Assembly: GCF_964355755.1 (NCBI RefSeq)
Contig: NC_092672.1
Span: forward strand, 17,373,237 to 17,437,236
Direction: 5' to 3'
Origin: Antedon mediterranea
Taxonomy: Eukaryota; Animalia; Echinodermata
Length of the DNA stretch: 64,000 nucleotides
Shown: positions 38,430 to 53,700 of the stretch, in pieces
How positions within the stretch are numbered: the stretch's first letter is position 1
Layout of the letters: every line of letters starts with the position of its first letter
Program-made: the position numbers and the translations under genes
Notes under the pieces: generated by a model
Told to the model about the DNA's origin: nothing
Seen by the model: only the letters and a program-made list of their open reading frames with translations
Database searches by the model: none

Positions 38430-41400
38430 TTGGGTAATACAGTAATTTGTAACAGACGGTAAGTTATTATTTTATTACAGTTAATGTTGTTTTTGCTATG
38501 AATTGAGTTATTTTTGTTTTAAATACATGTACTAATGATCAAACCAGCCGTGCATTCCTTTGTACAATAGTATTAATTCTAAAGACAATTTACTTTATGT
38601 ACCGCACCTTTTGCTGCGCCGCCACGGCTACTTTGATCGTTATATAGTTAATCACATTATTATATCATTATTAACACCTCATCTTCAGTATACTAACAAC
38701 GAGTTGATTTCTTATCGTATTATTATCATCACACTTACCTTACTATGTTTACGTTTTACACCATACCTTTCGATTAACATGTTTATGACCAAGTTGAGTT
38801 GTTTTAATATGTTGAGGGTATTACGCTATTGGTTTACCAGCTGATGAGTGCAATATGCACTCCTGCATAGACAATGCATGTTTCGTTTTATGCAGGAGAT
38901 CCGATCAATAGTTACCTCCAATAACATTAAGGATCGAAACAGCCATGCATCATCAATAGTAAGCTTTTATTTTAAAAACATTTATGAGGTATTTTCTGAA
39001 TTGTTTCCAGCAAAGATTAATTATTTATAAAACACATGATGATGATGATGGCTGTCCTGGGAATAAACCCAGTTTTTTTTAATACTAATTTGTTAAAAAT
39101 AATGTTTAAACAAATCCTGCAATTGCTAAGAGGTTGCTGTACGTTCACAGCAACCCAAGTGTCTTGCTGCAATGAATATACCGTCCAATGGCCCGGACGT
39201 AGGCCTACGTCTTGAAGTGATTTGAACGTTTAATAATTAATATTGAATACGTTATTAAAACTCCCTGATTAAATGAATAAAATGTTGATGTTGTCATTGA
39301 CTGTTATAGCTTTATTCTAGAATGGTAATTATTATAGTGAAATATGCAGATTACACGGGTATATAGAAATGAATTTGCTAACTGGTGCAAAACAATTATC
39401 TCGATATTATAATAAAAAGACAAATGAAATGATTTTTGACTTTCGTACCTAATATGAGATTGATCCAATCACTAAAAGGAGAAAATTATGAGTAGGCCTA
39501 ATCGTCTTGTATCCGTCATAATAAATGCAACAGGGCGTATTAATTTGTCAAAATGGCAAAAGGAATTTTTTTTTTTTTTATTTTTGTACATTGTTTTTTA
39601 TTTTCCATTTTAATATATATATATATATATATGAATGTGTATTAAATGTGTATTTTCTAGTGGAAAAAGAATTATTCGAATAAACGCCCCGCTTTGAATA
39701 GGGAACCACTCCACTCCTCAATAGAACATCTTGGAATAAACGTACACGGACGTTTATTTATTTAATAATAAATACACAATATTTTATTTGTAGTAGAATT
39801 CATTTATCTACAATTTACCAAGCATATCTAGGGGTTGATTATACATGTACCATGTTATTACACTATACGCCTGAAAGTGTCAACATAGAAAGGAATGCTG
39901 CAGTCTCCTCGTTCAGTTAATTCACACAGTCACGTGGTCTGGCTTGTTGGACGGCTTTTTGTCGGCATCTCTCTGTGTAGAGCAGGTACCAAGATCTATA
40001 TTTAGAAACTGACTCGACTCTTTAGGCGTGGGAAGTTCTAGCGGAAAGTGGTTGTCTTGACGACATAGAAAGGAATGCTGCAGTCTCCTCGTTCAGTTCA
40101 TTGAAAAAGTCACGTGGTCTGGCTTGTTGGACGGGTTTAATTGTCGGCATCTCTTTGTGTAGACTGTAAAGCAGGTACCAAGATCTATATTTAGAAACTG
40201 ACTCGACTCTTTAGGCGTAGGAAGTTCTAGCGGAAAGTGGGTGTCTTGACGACAGCTTTAAGCATTCATTGTTTTATGGAATGGGATTTCCTAAGTAAAA
40301 ACCCTTAAATTTACAATTTTGTTTGTATTATTTTGACATAGGCCTAAGATTAGTACTCCAGAGTAACAGCATCACACCAGGAGTTAGTAATTAGACACGT
40401 TAGTATGGCCTGTAATTAATTATCATAACAAAATAATAATTTTAAGAACGTGCTTGTGAAAATAGCACGCAGCGCGCGATGGGAACTTGCGTACGCGCGC
40501 ATCTCTTTCCCGCCTTGATTTAAATTTGTAACCAGACCACAGCAATTCTGGCCGGCTAGCGATGACGTACAACGCATTCAAACCGTAGGTGTTTTTGATA
40601 AATTCATAGATTTATTCGTTGTGATTATTTATTAATTACACCTTATTGTTATACCCTATCATAGTGGCTCCTTTAGTTGAAATATAGGGCCTAGAAGCTC
40701 ATATTTGTGTAGCATATTGCAAGTCAAAAAAGTACAGTATTTTAGCCTGCCTCCTCTCCTTCCTCATCATCAGTAGTCTAGCCTACAACCGGCCCCGCTC
40801 CCGTGCGTCGTAGGCCTCCTCCCTCCGCCTATTTGATACTAGGCCTTTGATACTAAGCTTTAATAGGTCTATATATTACAGTATTGTTATTTTGGTCTCT
40901 CCAGACACAATGGGAAAACTATTTTGTGCATATTATTATTAATAAATGTTTATCTTAGGCCTACACCACCATACTTAATATAATATTATGAATATTGCTT
41001 TGTGTAAAATTAAAAAGGACTTGAACTCTGAGTAAACAGGCAGATGAGAAGTACTAATAGGCCTAGTAGTAGTAGGCCTATTCCTATCCATATCTATAGC
41101 CTAGGCTAGGCCTAATTCGGAAAAATTGAGGATCCGATGAATGATGATGAAGAAGGAACAGGCAAGTTAGGTTAGCCTACTACTAGACCTATAAATGAAT
41201 GGGTAAACTAGGCCTATAAATAACACGATCAGAATATTTATGATTGTAAAGGGGCAAAATATTTTCTAAGGTAAGTTATACTTAGGCCTATAGGCTATCT
41301 ATTTAGAATTTGAAGGATTATTGTTTTTAAAAGAAATGTAATTACTAACTGTAAACGTATAAACGGTAAACAAAAAAACACATACGTATCTGATTAGGCC

Positions 41401-42105
41401 TATATATAATATATTGCGCTTTTCGTTATATTTGTAGGAGTCATTGCAAAAACAACATTAGATGAAAAACACTTTTTGAAATTGAAATGGGTTTATCCCA
41501 GGACAACCATATCATCACCTTCATTTAATTTGTTTAGAAAATGTTCGAAAATTACTTTTTAAAAAGTGTTGTTTTACATTAATTACTGAGAATTTATTAA
41601 TTGGAAATATTATCGATGATGTTATGGCTGTTTCGATCCTTACAGTTAGGGAGGTGGCTATTGATTGGATCTCCTGCATAAAACGAAACATGCATTGTCT
41701 ATGCAGGAGTGCATATTGCACTCATCAGCTGGTAAACCAATAGCGTAATACCCTCAACATATTAAAGCAACTCAACTCAACTCATGTCATAAACATGTTA
41801 ATCGAAAGGTATGGTGTAAAACGTAAACATAGTAAGGTAAGTGTGATGATAATAATACGATAAGAAATCAACTCGTTGTTAGTATTACTAAAGATGAGGT
41901 GTTAAATAATGATATAATAATGTAATTAACTATATAACGATCAAAGTAGCCGTGGCGGCCCAGCAAAAGGTGTGGTACATAAAGTAAACTGTCTTTAGAA
42001 TTAATACTGCTGGTACATGTATTTAAAACAAAAATAACTCAATTCAAAGCAAAAACAACATTAACCCTAATCAAATAATAACTTACCGTCTGTTACAAAT
42101 TACTG
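38430..42105. repeat. ~600-bp internal inverted repeat pair (38430-39065 / 41490-42105)
   Basis: High-identity reverse complements, e.g. the mirrored ORFs 38848..39030(+) and 41521..41721(-). Confidence 0.9.
39883..40252 (+). repeat. Two ~180-bp tandem direct repeats
   Basis: ACATAGAAAGGAATGCTGCAG...GTCTTGACG at 39883 and 40063. Confidence 0.9.
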
Positions 42106-45100
42106 TCTTTCCTATAGCTTAATACCCTCAACAAGTTAACAAAACTCAACTTGGTCATCCAATATCGTAAAAACAATGAAAACCTATTCAATAATATAAA
42201 TAAACTCCAAAGTGTTGTTTTAACTCGTTATTAAATCATAAACAACAAATCGTAAAAGATGGAACACTGATAATAATGCCGGATGAGTATTGCAGAGGGT
42301 TTTGAAAATCTCATATTTTTTGGCTATATTGTATTACTATGACATATTATCCTACATCGGCAGATCGGTGTTCAATCATTTACGATATTAATACAAATAA
42401 TTATTTAGAATAAATAATGGACATTGTTAGTAAAACAAAAAACTTATCACATATTTTATTCTGAAATAAAAGAAAAAAATATCAGACAACCAAAATGTTG
42501 CCAATTACTACCGATAACAATGAATCAGTTTAATCATCATTTTAGTGTAAAATTTAAGCACAATATTACCGTAATGAAATTTGTATATTTACTTTTATAA
42601 CAGATTTCTTTTAATTTCTAGATGTCTTTCCTTCATGGCGTAAAGAGTTCGGTAGAATCACAGTATTTCAGAACGGGAGTACCGACCAGGATTTTCTATT
42701 TATAAGTCTAAATTTTGGCGGGATTAAATGTATTCGGCATAGTCGTCTTAAATTTACATCTCGATTTTTTGGCGAAATTTTAATCGGGATAATGCGCAAA
42801 AACGAATTTTAACCGGGGTATCGATCGGGGTTCTTGGCGGGATCCCGATCGATATCCCGGTTAAAAATCCCGTTCGTTTTTGCGCATTATCCCGATTACA
42901 ATTTCACCGATGATTGACCGAAATTCCCGACCAAAAATCCCGATTTTTCGTGAATCCCGATAAAAATCACGATGAAAATCCCGATACGGAATGAGTAATC
43001 GGGATTCCCAAAAGATCGGGACGTCGTCCGGGACCCCGATATTTTCGACCGAAATTCCCGACCAAAAATCCCGATTTTTCGTGAATCCCGATGAAAAATC
43101 CCGATACGGGATGGGTAATCGGGATTCCCAAAAGATCGGGACGTCGTCCGGGATCCCGATATTTTCGACCGAAATTCCCGACCAAAAATCCCGATTTTTC
43201 GTGAATCCCGATGAAAATCCCGATACGGGATGGGTAATCGGGAAATCCAAAAAATCGGGACGTCGTTCGAGATCCCGATATTTTCGACCGAAATTCCCGA
43301 CCAAAAATCCCGATTTTTCGTGAATCCCGATAAAAATCCCGATATGGATGGGTAATCGGGATTCCCAAAAGATCGGGACGTCAATCGGGATCCCGATATT
43401 TTCGACCGAAATTCCCGACCAAAAATTTCGGTCGAAAATATCGGGATCACGGCGAGATCCCGACCGTGATATTGGCGGGATCCCGGATGTTTTTTCTATA
43501 GGGATAATCTTTTTCTGTGTCCAATATACCAACGTATGACGTGCACGTGGCGTTTGTCGTGCGGAAAACTAACTCGTCAAAGTGACGAGTTTCATGTCTA
43601 GTTAGTTATCCGCATTCAGCGGATAACTCCTTGTAACTGTATGAAATCATCTTTTTTTTTTTCTGTATTATTCTTTCTTTCTGTCAATTTTGTGTCTCGC
43701 GTAACTCAAAAACGTGTAAACATAACATTTTATAACTTTGTCAACATGTGGGCATTCACGTGAAATAGTGCACCTCCTATTGTGAATGACGACAGAGTTG
43801 CGCAACATGACTTACGCGCGTTTTTACGAATTTTGCGTATTTAATATAGATCGAAAACCATATAACAATTTAAATTGAAACTTAACAAAAGTTTAATTTA
43901 TATCTTGCGCTAACTGACTGTGGGAAAAAAATGGCATGTTTCACACGAAGTTACGCGCGCATGCGCGTTTAAAATTTCAAATTGAGAAAAATCAATTTCT
44001 AATCAACTTTCTACGCGTTTCATGTCATTTTGAGCATGTCAAAAATTCCCACGCGTGCGCATTTTTTTACGCGTGCGGTGCACACGTAGCGTTGAAAACA
44101 ATTTTTTTTCCGTGATTTATGTTTTTCCACCCTTTTTTAGTAATTTTACCAATTTCTAAACATTTTCGACTTAAAATCACGTCATACGGGCACGTCGAAT
44201 TGGATAATTTATGTGCGTTTTTGATGAAAAAGTTCAAAAATTTGTCAAAATTTGTCAAAATTATACCTTTTTTTAAACAGTCGTAGTTTCTAAACCAAAC
44301 GGTGAAAGTTATTTTTATTGCATATTCTGGAAGTTGTAAATATCGGATCATGCATTAATATGGCTAACCGGACATTGTGACGTCACTGTATGGCCACGCG
44401 AATACAAAATTTAGGATTTTTGTATCTTTCGTCATAGCTCATCACATTTAATAGAGCGCATCTACACTTATCCGTTTTCCATTTTCACCCCGATTTTGAT
44501 ATTGTCTAGGTCAATCAACTGTCTTTCGCATGAGTTAAAAATATTTTAATTTTTATGACGTCATCATGCCTAAAAATTTAAATTACGTTGGTCATTAATT
44601 TCATCTTTACAGTAAATTTTAATCTGTTATAGCTCTTAAGAATGAAATGTGATAATCACGATTAAAACGTTTTCTGGAAGCTATTGTATTGTAGATACGA
44701 AATCATGTGAAAATTGTGCCAATCGAATGTTGTGACATCATCATATGGCCAGTTAAATAAAAAAAAGTCGTATTTTCATCTTTTGCGTTATATTTCATTA
44801 CATTTAAAAGAGCGCGCATTAATATTTCACGTATTTAAATTTCTTCTACACGGTAATATGTTGTTGCTGAGATAATTTCCTTCCGAAATTGCTACCTTCG
44901 GGTTTCATTTTGAAACCGTCAACATGTTAAAAATTGTAATAAATAGCGGGTCCCGTAATTTCACCTATTCTACACTGTATGTGATGTATACAGATTATAC
45001 TGTGTATACTATATGACACAAAATAACAGAATTCAGCAATAATAACATAATCATATTCTTCTTCAGGTCATAATGCCATAATCTTTTTCTGTGTGCAATA

Positions 45101-48100
45101 TTCAAACGCATGACGTGCTCGTGGCGTTTGTCGTGCGGATAACTAACTCGTCAAAGTGACGAGTTTCATGTCTAGTTAGTTATCCGCACTTGGCGGATAA
45201 CTCCTTGTTATTGTATGGGATCAATATTTTTTTGGTTATCCGCAACGAAGTTGCAGGATAACCTCTTGTGATTGTACGAAATCATTGGTTATCCGCAACG
45301 AAGTTGCAGGATAACCTCTTGTGATTGTACGAAATCATCATCTTTTTATTGGTTATCCGCAACGAAGTTGCAGGATAACCTCTTGTGATTGTACGAAATC
45401 ATCATCTTTTTATTTTTCTTCTTTCTTTCTGTATGATTTTTGTGTAACGCTTTTCTCCAAAACTCGCAAACATAACATTTTGGTAACTATCTTAACATAT
45501 TGACATTTACGTAACGTCGTCAAGCGAAGCTTTTCATGACGTTTACAATTGCGCAACGTGACTTACGCGCGATTTAACGATTTTGTCGTATTTAACATAG
45601 CTCGACAACCAAATAACATTTCAACTTGAAACTTTGCAAAAGTTTAATTTATATCATGCGCTAACTTTCTGTTGAAAAAAAATTGCGTGCTATACACAAA
45701 GTTACGCGCGCACGCGCATTTAAAATTTCAAAATGCGCAAAATTAATTTATAATCAACTTTCTACGCGTTTCATGTCGTTTTAAGCATGTCAAAAATTCC
45801 CACGCGTGCGCACATTTTTACGTGTGCGGTGCGCACGTAGAATTGAAAACGTAATTTTTTCGCGTGATTTATGTTTTTCCAGCCTTTTCTAGTAATTTTA
45901 CCAAATTTTAAACAATTTCGACTTAAAGATACGTCATACGAGCACGTCGAATTGGCCAATTTGCGCGCGTTTTTTATGAAAAGGTTAAAAAATTCGTTTA
46001 AAATATGACTTTTTTTAAACAGTCGTAATTTCTAAACTAGACGGTCAAATTTTTGTGGATGACATTTTCTAGAAGTAGATGCGTTGTAGATATCGGATCA
46101 GGTATTAATATGGCTAACCGGACATTGTGACGTCATCGTATGGCCACGCGAATATAAAATTTAGGATTTTTGTATCTTTCGTCATAACTCATCACATTGA
46201 ACAGAGCGCATCTCCACTTATCCGTTTTCCATTTTCACCCCGATTTTAATATTGTCTAGGTCAATCAACTATCTTTCGCATGAGTTAAAAATATTTTAAT
46301 TTTTTTGACGTCATCATGCCTAAAAATTTAAATCACGTGTGGCATCAATTTCATCTTTACAGTAAATTTTAATCTGTTATAGCTCGTAAGAATAAAATTT
46401 GATAATCACGATTAAAACTTTTTCTGGAAGCTATTGGATTGTAGATACGAAATTATGTAAAAATGTTGCCAATTGGATGTTGTGACGTCATCATATGGCC
46501 AGTTAAATAAAAAAGGTCGTATTTTCATCTTTTGCGTCATAATTCATTACATTTAAAAGAGCGCGCATCAATATTTCACGTATTCAAATTTCTTCTACAC
46601 GCTAATACGTTGTTGCTGAGATAATTTCCTTTCGGAATTGCTACCTTCCCGTTTCATTTTAAAACCGTCAACATGTTAAAAATTGCAATAAATAGCGGGT
46701 CCCGTAAGTTCACATATTCTACACTGTATGTGATATGGATACAGATTATACTGTGTATACTATATATGAATTTATATAAAATAATAAAATTCAGCAATAA
46801 CAACATATCATATTCTTCAGTTCAGGTCATAATGCCAACGTGAACACTTCCTTTTGTCCTCAACCTATCCCCTTAATGTTAATGTTGCACCACTTGCGCG
46901 GCGGATAACCAAACTCGTCAAAGTGACGAGTTACATGTCTAGTTTTTGGTTATCCGCAACGAAGTTGCAGGATAACCTCTTGTGATTGTACGAAATCATC
47001 ATCATCATCATCATCATCATCAACTTTTTATTAGTTATCCGCATTGAGCGGATAACTCCTTGTAACTGTCCTGTTACTTTTTTTTTTTCTTTCCTTCTCC
47101 CCCATTTTTGTGTCTCACGTATCTCAAAAACTTGTAAACATAACATGTTATAACTTTGTCAGAATGAGGGCATTCACGTGAAGTTGTGCACCTCCTATTT
47201 TTTAATTATGTCAGAGTTGCGCAACATGACTTACGCGCGATTTTATGAATTTCACATATTTAACATAGGTCAAAAACCAAATAACATTTTAAATTGAAAC
47301 TTTGCAAAAGTTTAATTTATATCATGCGCTAACTTTTTGTTGAAAAAAAAATGCGTGTTTTACAAAAAGTTACGCGCGTACGCGCATTTAAAATTTCAAA
47401 ATGCGCAAAATTAATTTCTAATCAACTTTCTACGCGTTTCATGTCATTTTGAGCATGTCAAAAATTCCCAGGCGCGCGCAAATTTTTACGCGCGCGGAGC
47501 ACACGTACAGTTAAAAACAAATTTTTTCGCGTGATTTATGTTTTTTCAGCCTTTTCTAGTAATTTTACCAACTTTTAAACAATTTCGACTTCAAATTACG
47601 TCATACGGGCACATCGAATTGGATAATTTATGTGCGTTTTTGATGAAAAAGTTCAAAAATTTGTCAAAATTTGTCAAAATTATACCTTTTTTTAAACAGT
47701 CGTAGTTTCTAAACTAAACGGTAAAAGTTATTTTTATTACGTATTTTGGAAGATGATGAGTTGTAGATCATGTATCATGCATCAATACGGCTTACCGGAC
47801 ATTGTGACGTCATCGTATGGCCATGCGAATATAAAAAATAGAATTTTTGTATCTTTCATCATAGCTCATCACATTTAATAGAGCGCATCTCCAATTATCT
47901 GTTTTCCATTTTCACCCCGATTTTTATATTATCTAGGTCAATCAACTATCTTTCGCATGAGTTAAAATATTTTAATTTTTATGACGTCATCATGTCTAAA
48001 AATGAAAATAACGTGGGTCACTTATTTTCATCTTTACAGTAAATTTCAATCTGTTATAGCTCGTCAGAATAAAACGTGATAATCATGATTAAAACGTTTT

Positions 48101-49918
48101 CTGGAAGCTATTGGATTGTAGATACGAATTCATGTAAACATTTTGCCAATCGGATGTTGTGACGTCATCATATGGCCAGTTGAATAAAAAAAGTCGTATT
48201 TTCATATTTTGCGTAATAGTTCATCACATTTAAAAGGGCGCGCATCTATATTTTACGTATTCAAATTCCTTCTACACGTTAATATGTTGCTGCTGAGATA
48301 ATTTCCTTCCGAAATTGCTATCTTAGTGTTTCATTTTGATACCGAAGCCGTGTTAAAAATAAGAATAAACGGGGGGACCCGTAATTTCACCTATTCTACA
48401 CTGTATGTAACATGTATACAGATTATACCGTTTGCACTGTATATACTATATGACACAAAATTGACAGAATTCAGCACTAACAGCATATGATATTCTTCAG
48501 TTCAGGTCATAATGTCATAATCTTTTTCCGTGTGCAAAATTCCAACGTATGATGTGCGCGTGGCGTTTGTCGTGCGGATAACTAACTCGTCAAAGTGACG
48601 AGTTTCATGTCTAGTTCTTCTTCTTTCTTTCTGTATGATTTTTGTGTAACGCTTTTCTCTGAAACTTGCAAACATAACATTTTGTTAACTATGTTAACAT
48701 TTTGACATTTATGTAACGTCGTCAAGCGAAGCTTTTCATGATGTTTACAATTGCGCAACGTGACGTACGCGCGATTTAACGATTTTCTCGTATTTAACAT
48801 ATGTCGAAAACCAAATAACATTTCAACTTGAAACTTTGCAAAAGTTTAATTTATATCATGCGCTAACTTTCTGTTGAAAAAAAATTGCGTGTTTTACACA
48901 AAGTTACGCGCGCACGCGCATTTAAAATTTCAAAATGCGCGAAATTAATTTATAATCAACTTTCTACGCGTTTCATGTCGTTTTAAGCATGTCAAAAATT
49001 CCCACGCGTGCGCACATTTTTACGTGTGCGGTGCGCACGTAGCATTGAAAACGTATTTTTTTCGCGTGATTTATGTTTTTCCAGCCTTTTCATGTAATTT
49101 TACCAAATTTTTAACAATTTCGACTTAAAGATACGTCATACGAGCACATCGAATTGGACAATTTGCGCGGGTTTTTTATGAAAAGGTTAAAAAATTCGTT
49201 TAAAATATGCCTTTTTTTAAACAGTCGTAATTTCTAAACTAGACGGTCAACTTTTTGTGGATGGCATATTCTGGAAGTAGATGAGTTGTAGATATCGGAT
49301 CAGGTATTAATATGGCAAACCGGACATTGTGACGTCATCGTATGGCCACGCGAATATAAAATTTAGGATTTTTTTATCTTTCGTCATAGCTCATCACATT
49401 GAATAGAGCGCATCTCCACTTATCCGTTTTCCATTTTCACCCCGATTTTGATATTGTCTGGGTCAATCAACTATCTTTCGCATGAGTGAAAAATATTTTA
49501 ATTTTTATGACGTCATCATGCCTAAAAATTGAAATCACGTGTGGCATCAATTTCATCTTTACAGTAAATTTTAATCTGTTATAGCTCGTAAGAATAAAAT
49601 GTGATAATCACGATTAAAACTTTTTCTTGAAGCTATTGGATTGTAGATACGAAATTATGTTAAAATGTTGCCAATCGGATGTTGTGACGTTATCATATGG
49701 CCAGTTAAATAAAAAAGGTCGTATTTTCATCTTTTGCGTCATAATTCATTACATTTAAAAGAGCGCGCATCAATATTTCACGTATTCAAATTTCTTCTAC
49801 ACGCTAATACGTTGTTGCTGAGATAATTTCCTTTCGGAATTGCTACCTTCGCGTTTCATTTTAAAACCGTCAACATGTTAAAAATTGCAATAAATAGCGG
49901 GTCCCGTAATTTCACCTA

Positions 49919-50748
49919 AGCCCCTTTCTCACAGAGCTGAGTGCCAGGAATATTGCGGGAATATACCATTACCATGCCGGTATGGTTTTCTGTGAGAACG
50001 GGTCGTCTTGGCATCATGCCGGCACCATGCCGGCATCGACATGACCTGCTTTAGACCTAGTAATATTCTAGGGATATTCCCCGCAATGCCAGACGGTCAT
50101 TCTGTGAGAACGTAACGTCGTTATATTCCGGGGTTCCCTGTCGAGGCTTCAGACACCTTGCGCGGTCAAGTGTATCACTTTGGCGCCGATTCAATTCAAT
50201 TAACAATAATAATGTCAAACTGGAGGGATTATGAGATAAGAGAGCTGCTTAAAATAAGGGGACAAGAAGAAATTTGTAGCATAATCTATAGCAGGCCTGG
50301 GCCATATAGGCCTAGCTAGCTCTTTGTTGGTGCCTAACTAGCCTGACCCTTCGTCGCCTTGTAAATTGTACAGCCTCCTAAGGTGTTTTACAGATTGCCG
50401 ATGACGGCTAATTAATTGCTGTACCTGTATAATATATGCACAATATACTGTACATAGCATGTATTGCATAAATATGCTATAAAGGAAGATAATAATCTGT
50501 AACCTAACATTCGCCGCCATATATCCCTAGACAAAAATAATAACAATAAAGGACGCCCTCAATAATTATTTTGTCAGAGACTTTTTATTGGCCGAATATG
50601 CCCGACTCCTTTCTCACAGAAAGCCGGTATATACCGGTTATATTTCCGGCACGATAGTCCGATGAGAATGGGTATATGCCGGTAACGATACCGGCACGAC
50701 GCCAGCACTGTACCGGTATATTGCAGACACATCTGTGAGAAAGGGGCT
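49919..50748. mobile_element. PIF/Harbinger-like MITE inserted in a HINE unit
   Basis: Perfect TIR AGCCCCTTTCTCACAGA and 3-bp TSD CTA (empty site TTCACCTATTCTAC in sister units). Confidence 0.88.
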
Positions 50749-53700
50749 CTATTCTACACTGTATGTGATATGGATACAGATTATACTGTGAATACTATAT
50801 ATGAATTTAAACAATAAAATTCAGCAATAACAACATATCATATTCTTCAGTTCAGGTCATAATGCCAACGTGAACACTTCCTTTTGTCCTCAACCTATCC
50901 CCTTAATGTTAATGTTGCACCACTTGCGCGGCGGATAACCAAACTCGTCAAAGTGACGAGTTACATGTCTATAGTTCTTCTTTCTTTCTGTCATTTTTGT
51001 GCAGAGCGTATCTCTAAAACGTGTAAAGTTAACATTTTATAACTTTGTCAAGATATGGGCAATCACGTGAAGTTGTGCTTTCCTATAATTGAATGACTTC
51101 AGAGTTGCGCAACATGACTTACGCGCGTTTTTATGAATTTCGCGTATTTAACATAGATCGAAAACCATATAACAATTTAAATTGAAACTTAGCAAAAGTC
51201 TAATTTATATCGTGCGCTAACTTTTTGTGCACTAAAAATGGCATGTTTTACACGAAGTTACGCGCGCACGCGCGTTTAAAATTTTACAATGCGAAAAATC
51301 AATTTCCAATCAACTTTCTACGCGTTTCATGTCATTTTGAGCATGTCAAAAATTCCCACACGTGCGCAAATATTTACGCGCGTGGTGCACACGTAGCGTT
51401 AAAAACGTCATTTTTTCGAGTGATTTATGTTTTTCCAGCCTTTTCTAGTAATTTTACCAACTTTTAAACAATTTCGACTTCAAATTACGTCATACGAGCA
51501 CGTAGAATATGATAATTTGCGCGCTTTTTTGATGAAAAACTTCAAAAATTCGTCAAAATTAAGCCTTTTTTTAAACAATCGTAGTTTCTAAACTAAACGG
51601 TAAAAATTATTTTTATTACATATTCTGGAAGTTGATGAGTTGTAGATATCAGATCATGCATTAATATGGCTAACCGGACATTGTGACATCATCGTATGTA
51701 TGTATCGTTGTATTTTCATATTTTGCGTCATAGTTCATTACATTTAAAAGAGCGCGCATTAATATTTCACCTATTTAAATTTCTTCTACACGTTAATATG
51801 TTGTTGCTGAGATAATTTCCTTCCAAAATTCGCGTTTCATTTTAAAACCATCAACATGTTAAAAATTGCAATAAATAGCGGGTCCCGTAATTTCCCCTAT
51901 TCTACACTGTATGTGATATGTATACAGATTACACTGTGTATACTATATATGAATCAAAATAATAGAATTCAGCAATAACAACATATCATAGTCTTCGGTT
52001 CAGGTCACAATGCCATAATCTTTTTCCGTGTGCAATATTGCAACGTATGGCGTGCACGTGGCGTTTGTCGTGCGGATAACTAACTCGTCAAAGTGACGAG
52101 TTTCATGTCTAGTTAGTTATCCGCACTTGGCGGATAACTCCTTGTTATTGTATGGGATCAATATTTTTTTCTGTATTATTCTTCTTTCTTTCTCGCTATT
52201 TTTGTGTAGAGCGTTTCTCTAAAATGTGTAAACATAACATTTTATAACTTTGACAACATGTGGGCATTTACGTGAAGTTGTGCACCTCCTATTTTTTAAT
52301 TACGTCAGAGTTGCGCAACGTGACTTACGCGCGATTTTATGATTTTTTATGATTGATCATAGATTAAAAACTAAAAGTGATTTTTAATTGACACTTTGTG
52401 AAAGTTTAATTTATATCATGCGCTAACTTTCTGTTTGAAAAAAATTGCGTGTTTTACACAAAGTTACGCGCGCACGCGCATTTAAAATTTCAAAATGCGC
52501 AAAAATAATTTCTAATCAACTTTCTACGCGTTTCATGTCATTTTAAGCATGTACAAAATTACCGCGCGCGCGAAAAATATTACGCGCACGGTGCGCATAG
52601 AGCATGAAAATCATGTTTTTTTCTCTTGAATTGTGATTTTCCAGCCTTTCCTAGTCATTTTCAAAAAGATTGACATCATTTCAAATTAAAATTACGTCAT
52701 ACGAACACGTTGATTTAGCCCATTTGCGCGCGTTTTAGTTGAAAAAGTTACAAAATGTTGTCAAAATTATGCCTATTTTGAATGTTTTATAGCTTCTCAG
52801 GATCAACGATTACCCCTAATTTTTTTAACTTAATATGTAAGCAGATATGTTGTAGATATGAATTCATGCAGAATTTTTACCTCACGGATGTTGTGACGTC
52901 ATCATATGGCCACACGAATGTAAAATATAGGATTTTTTTGTCTTTCGTTATTGCTCATCACATTCAATGGAGCGCATCACGCTTATACGTATTTCTTTTT
53001 CTCCGAGATTTTAATATTGTCTAGGTCAATCAACTATCTTTCGCATGAGATAAAAATATTTTAATTTTTATGACGTCATCATGCCTAAAAATTTTAATTA
53101 CGTGGGTCATTAATTTCATCTTTACAGTAAATTTTAATCTGTAATAGCCCGTCAAAATAAAATGTGATAATCACGATTAAAACATTTTCTGGAAGCTCTT
53201 GGATTGTAGATATGAAATCATGTGAACATTTTGCCAATCAGATGCTGTGACGTCATCATATTGCAAGTTAAATAAAAAAAGTCGTATTTTCATCTTTTGC
53301 ATCATAGTTCATTATATTTAAAAGAGCGCGCATCAATATTAAACGTATTCAAATTTCTTCTACACGTTAATATGTTGTTGCTGAGATAATTTGCTTCCGA
53401 AATTGCTATCTTAGTGTTTCATCTTGATACCGTCGCCATGTTACAAATTTGAATAAATGGCGGGTCCCGTAATTTCACCTATTCTACACTGTATGTAACA
53501 TGTATACAGATTATACTGTTTGCATGTATATACTATATGACACAAAATTGACAGAATTCAGCACTAACAACATATCATATTCTTCAGATCAGGTCATAAT
53601 GCCATAATTTTTTCTGTGTGCAATATTCTAACGTATGACGTGCACGTGGCGTTTGTCGTGCGGATAACTAACTCGTCAAAGTGACGAGTTACATGTCTAG

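Larger units (their letters stand above)
37875..43503. mobile_element. Non-autonomous CMC/EnSpm(CACTA)-like element inserted in a HINE unit
   Basis: TIRs CCCCATAAAAAA / TTTTTTCTATAGGG and 2-bp TSD AT (empty site GCCATAATC in sister units). Subterminal arrays: CGGGATTTT (37970-38415) and AAAATCCCG in ~120-bp units (42860-43490). Confidence 0.85.

Noticed and set aside
37914-38462. 182-aa ORF
   Set aside because: It is a translation of the subterminal CGGGATTTT repeats.
42861-43539. Overlapping 110-223 aa ORFs on both strands
   Set aside because: These come from a stop-poor 120-bp tandem repeat that is open in several frames.
45176-45410. Stacked palindromic repeats resembling CRISPR repeats
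   Set aside because: The sequences between hairpins are homologous, not unique; they are HINE 5' ends.
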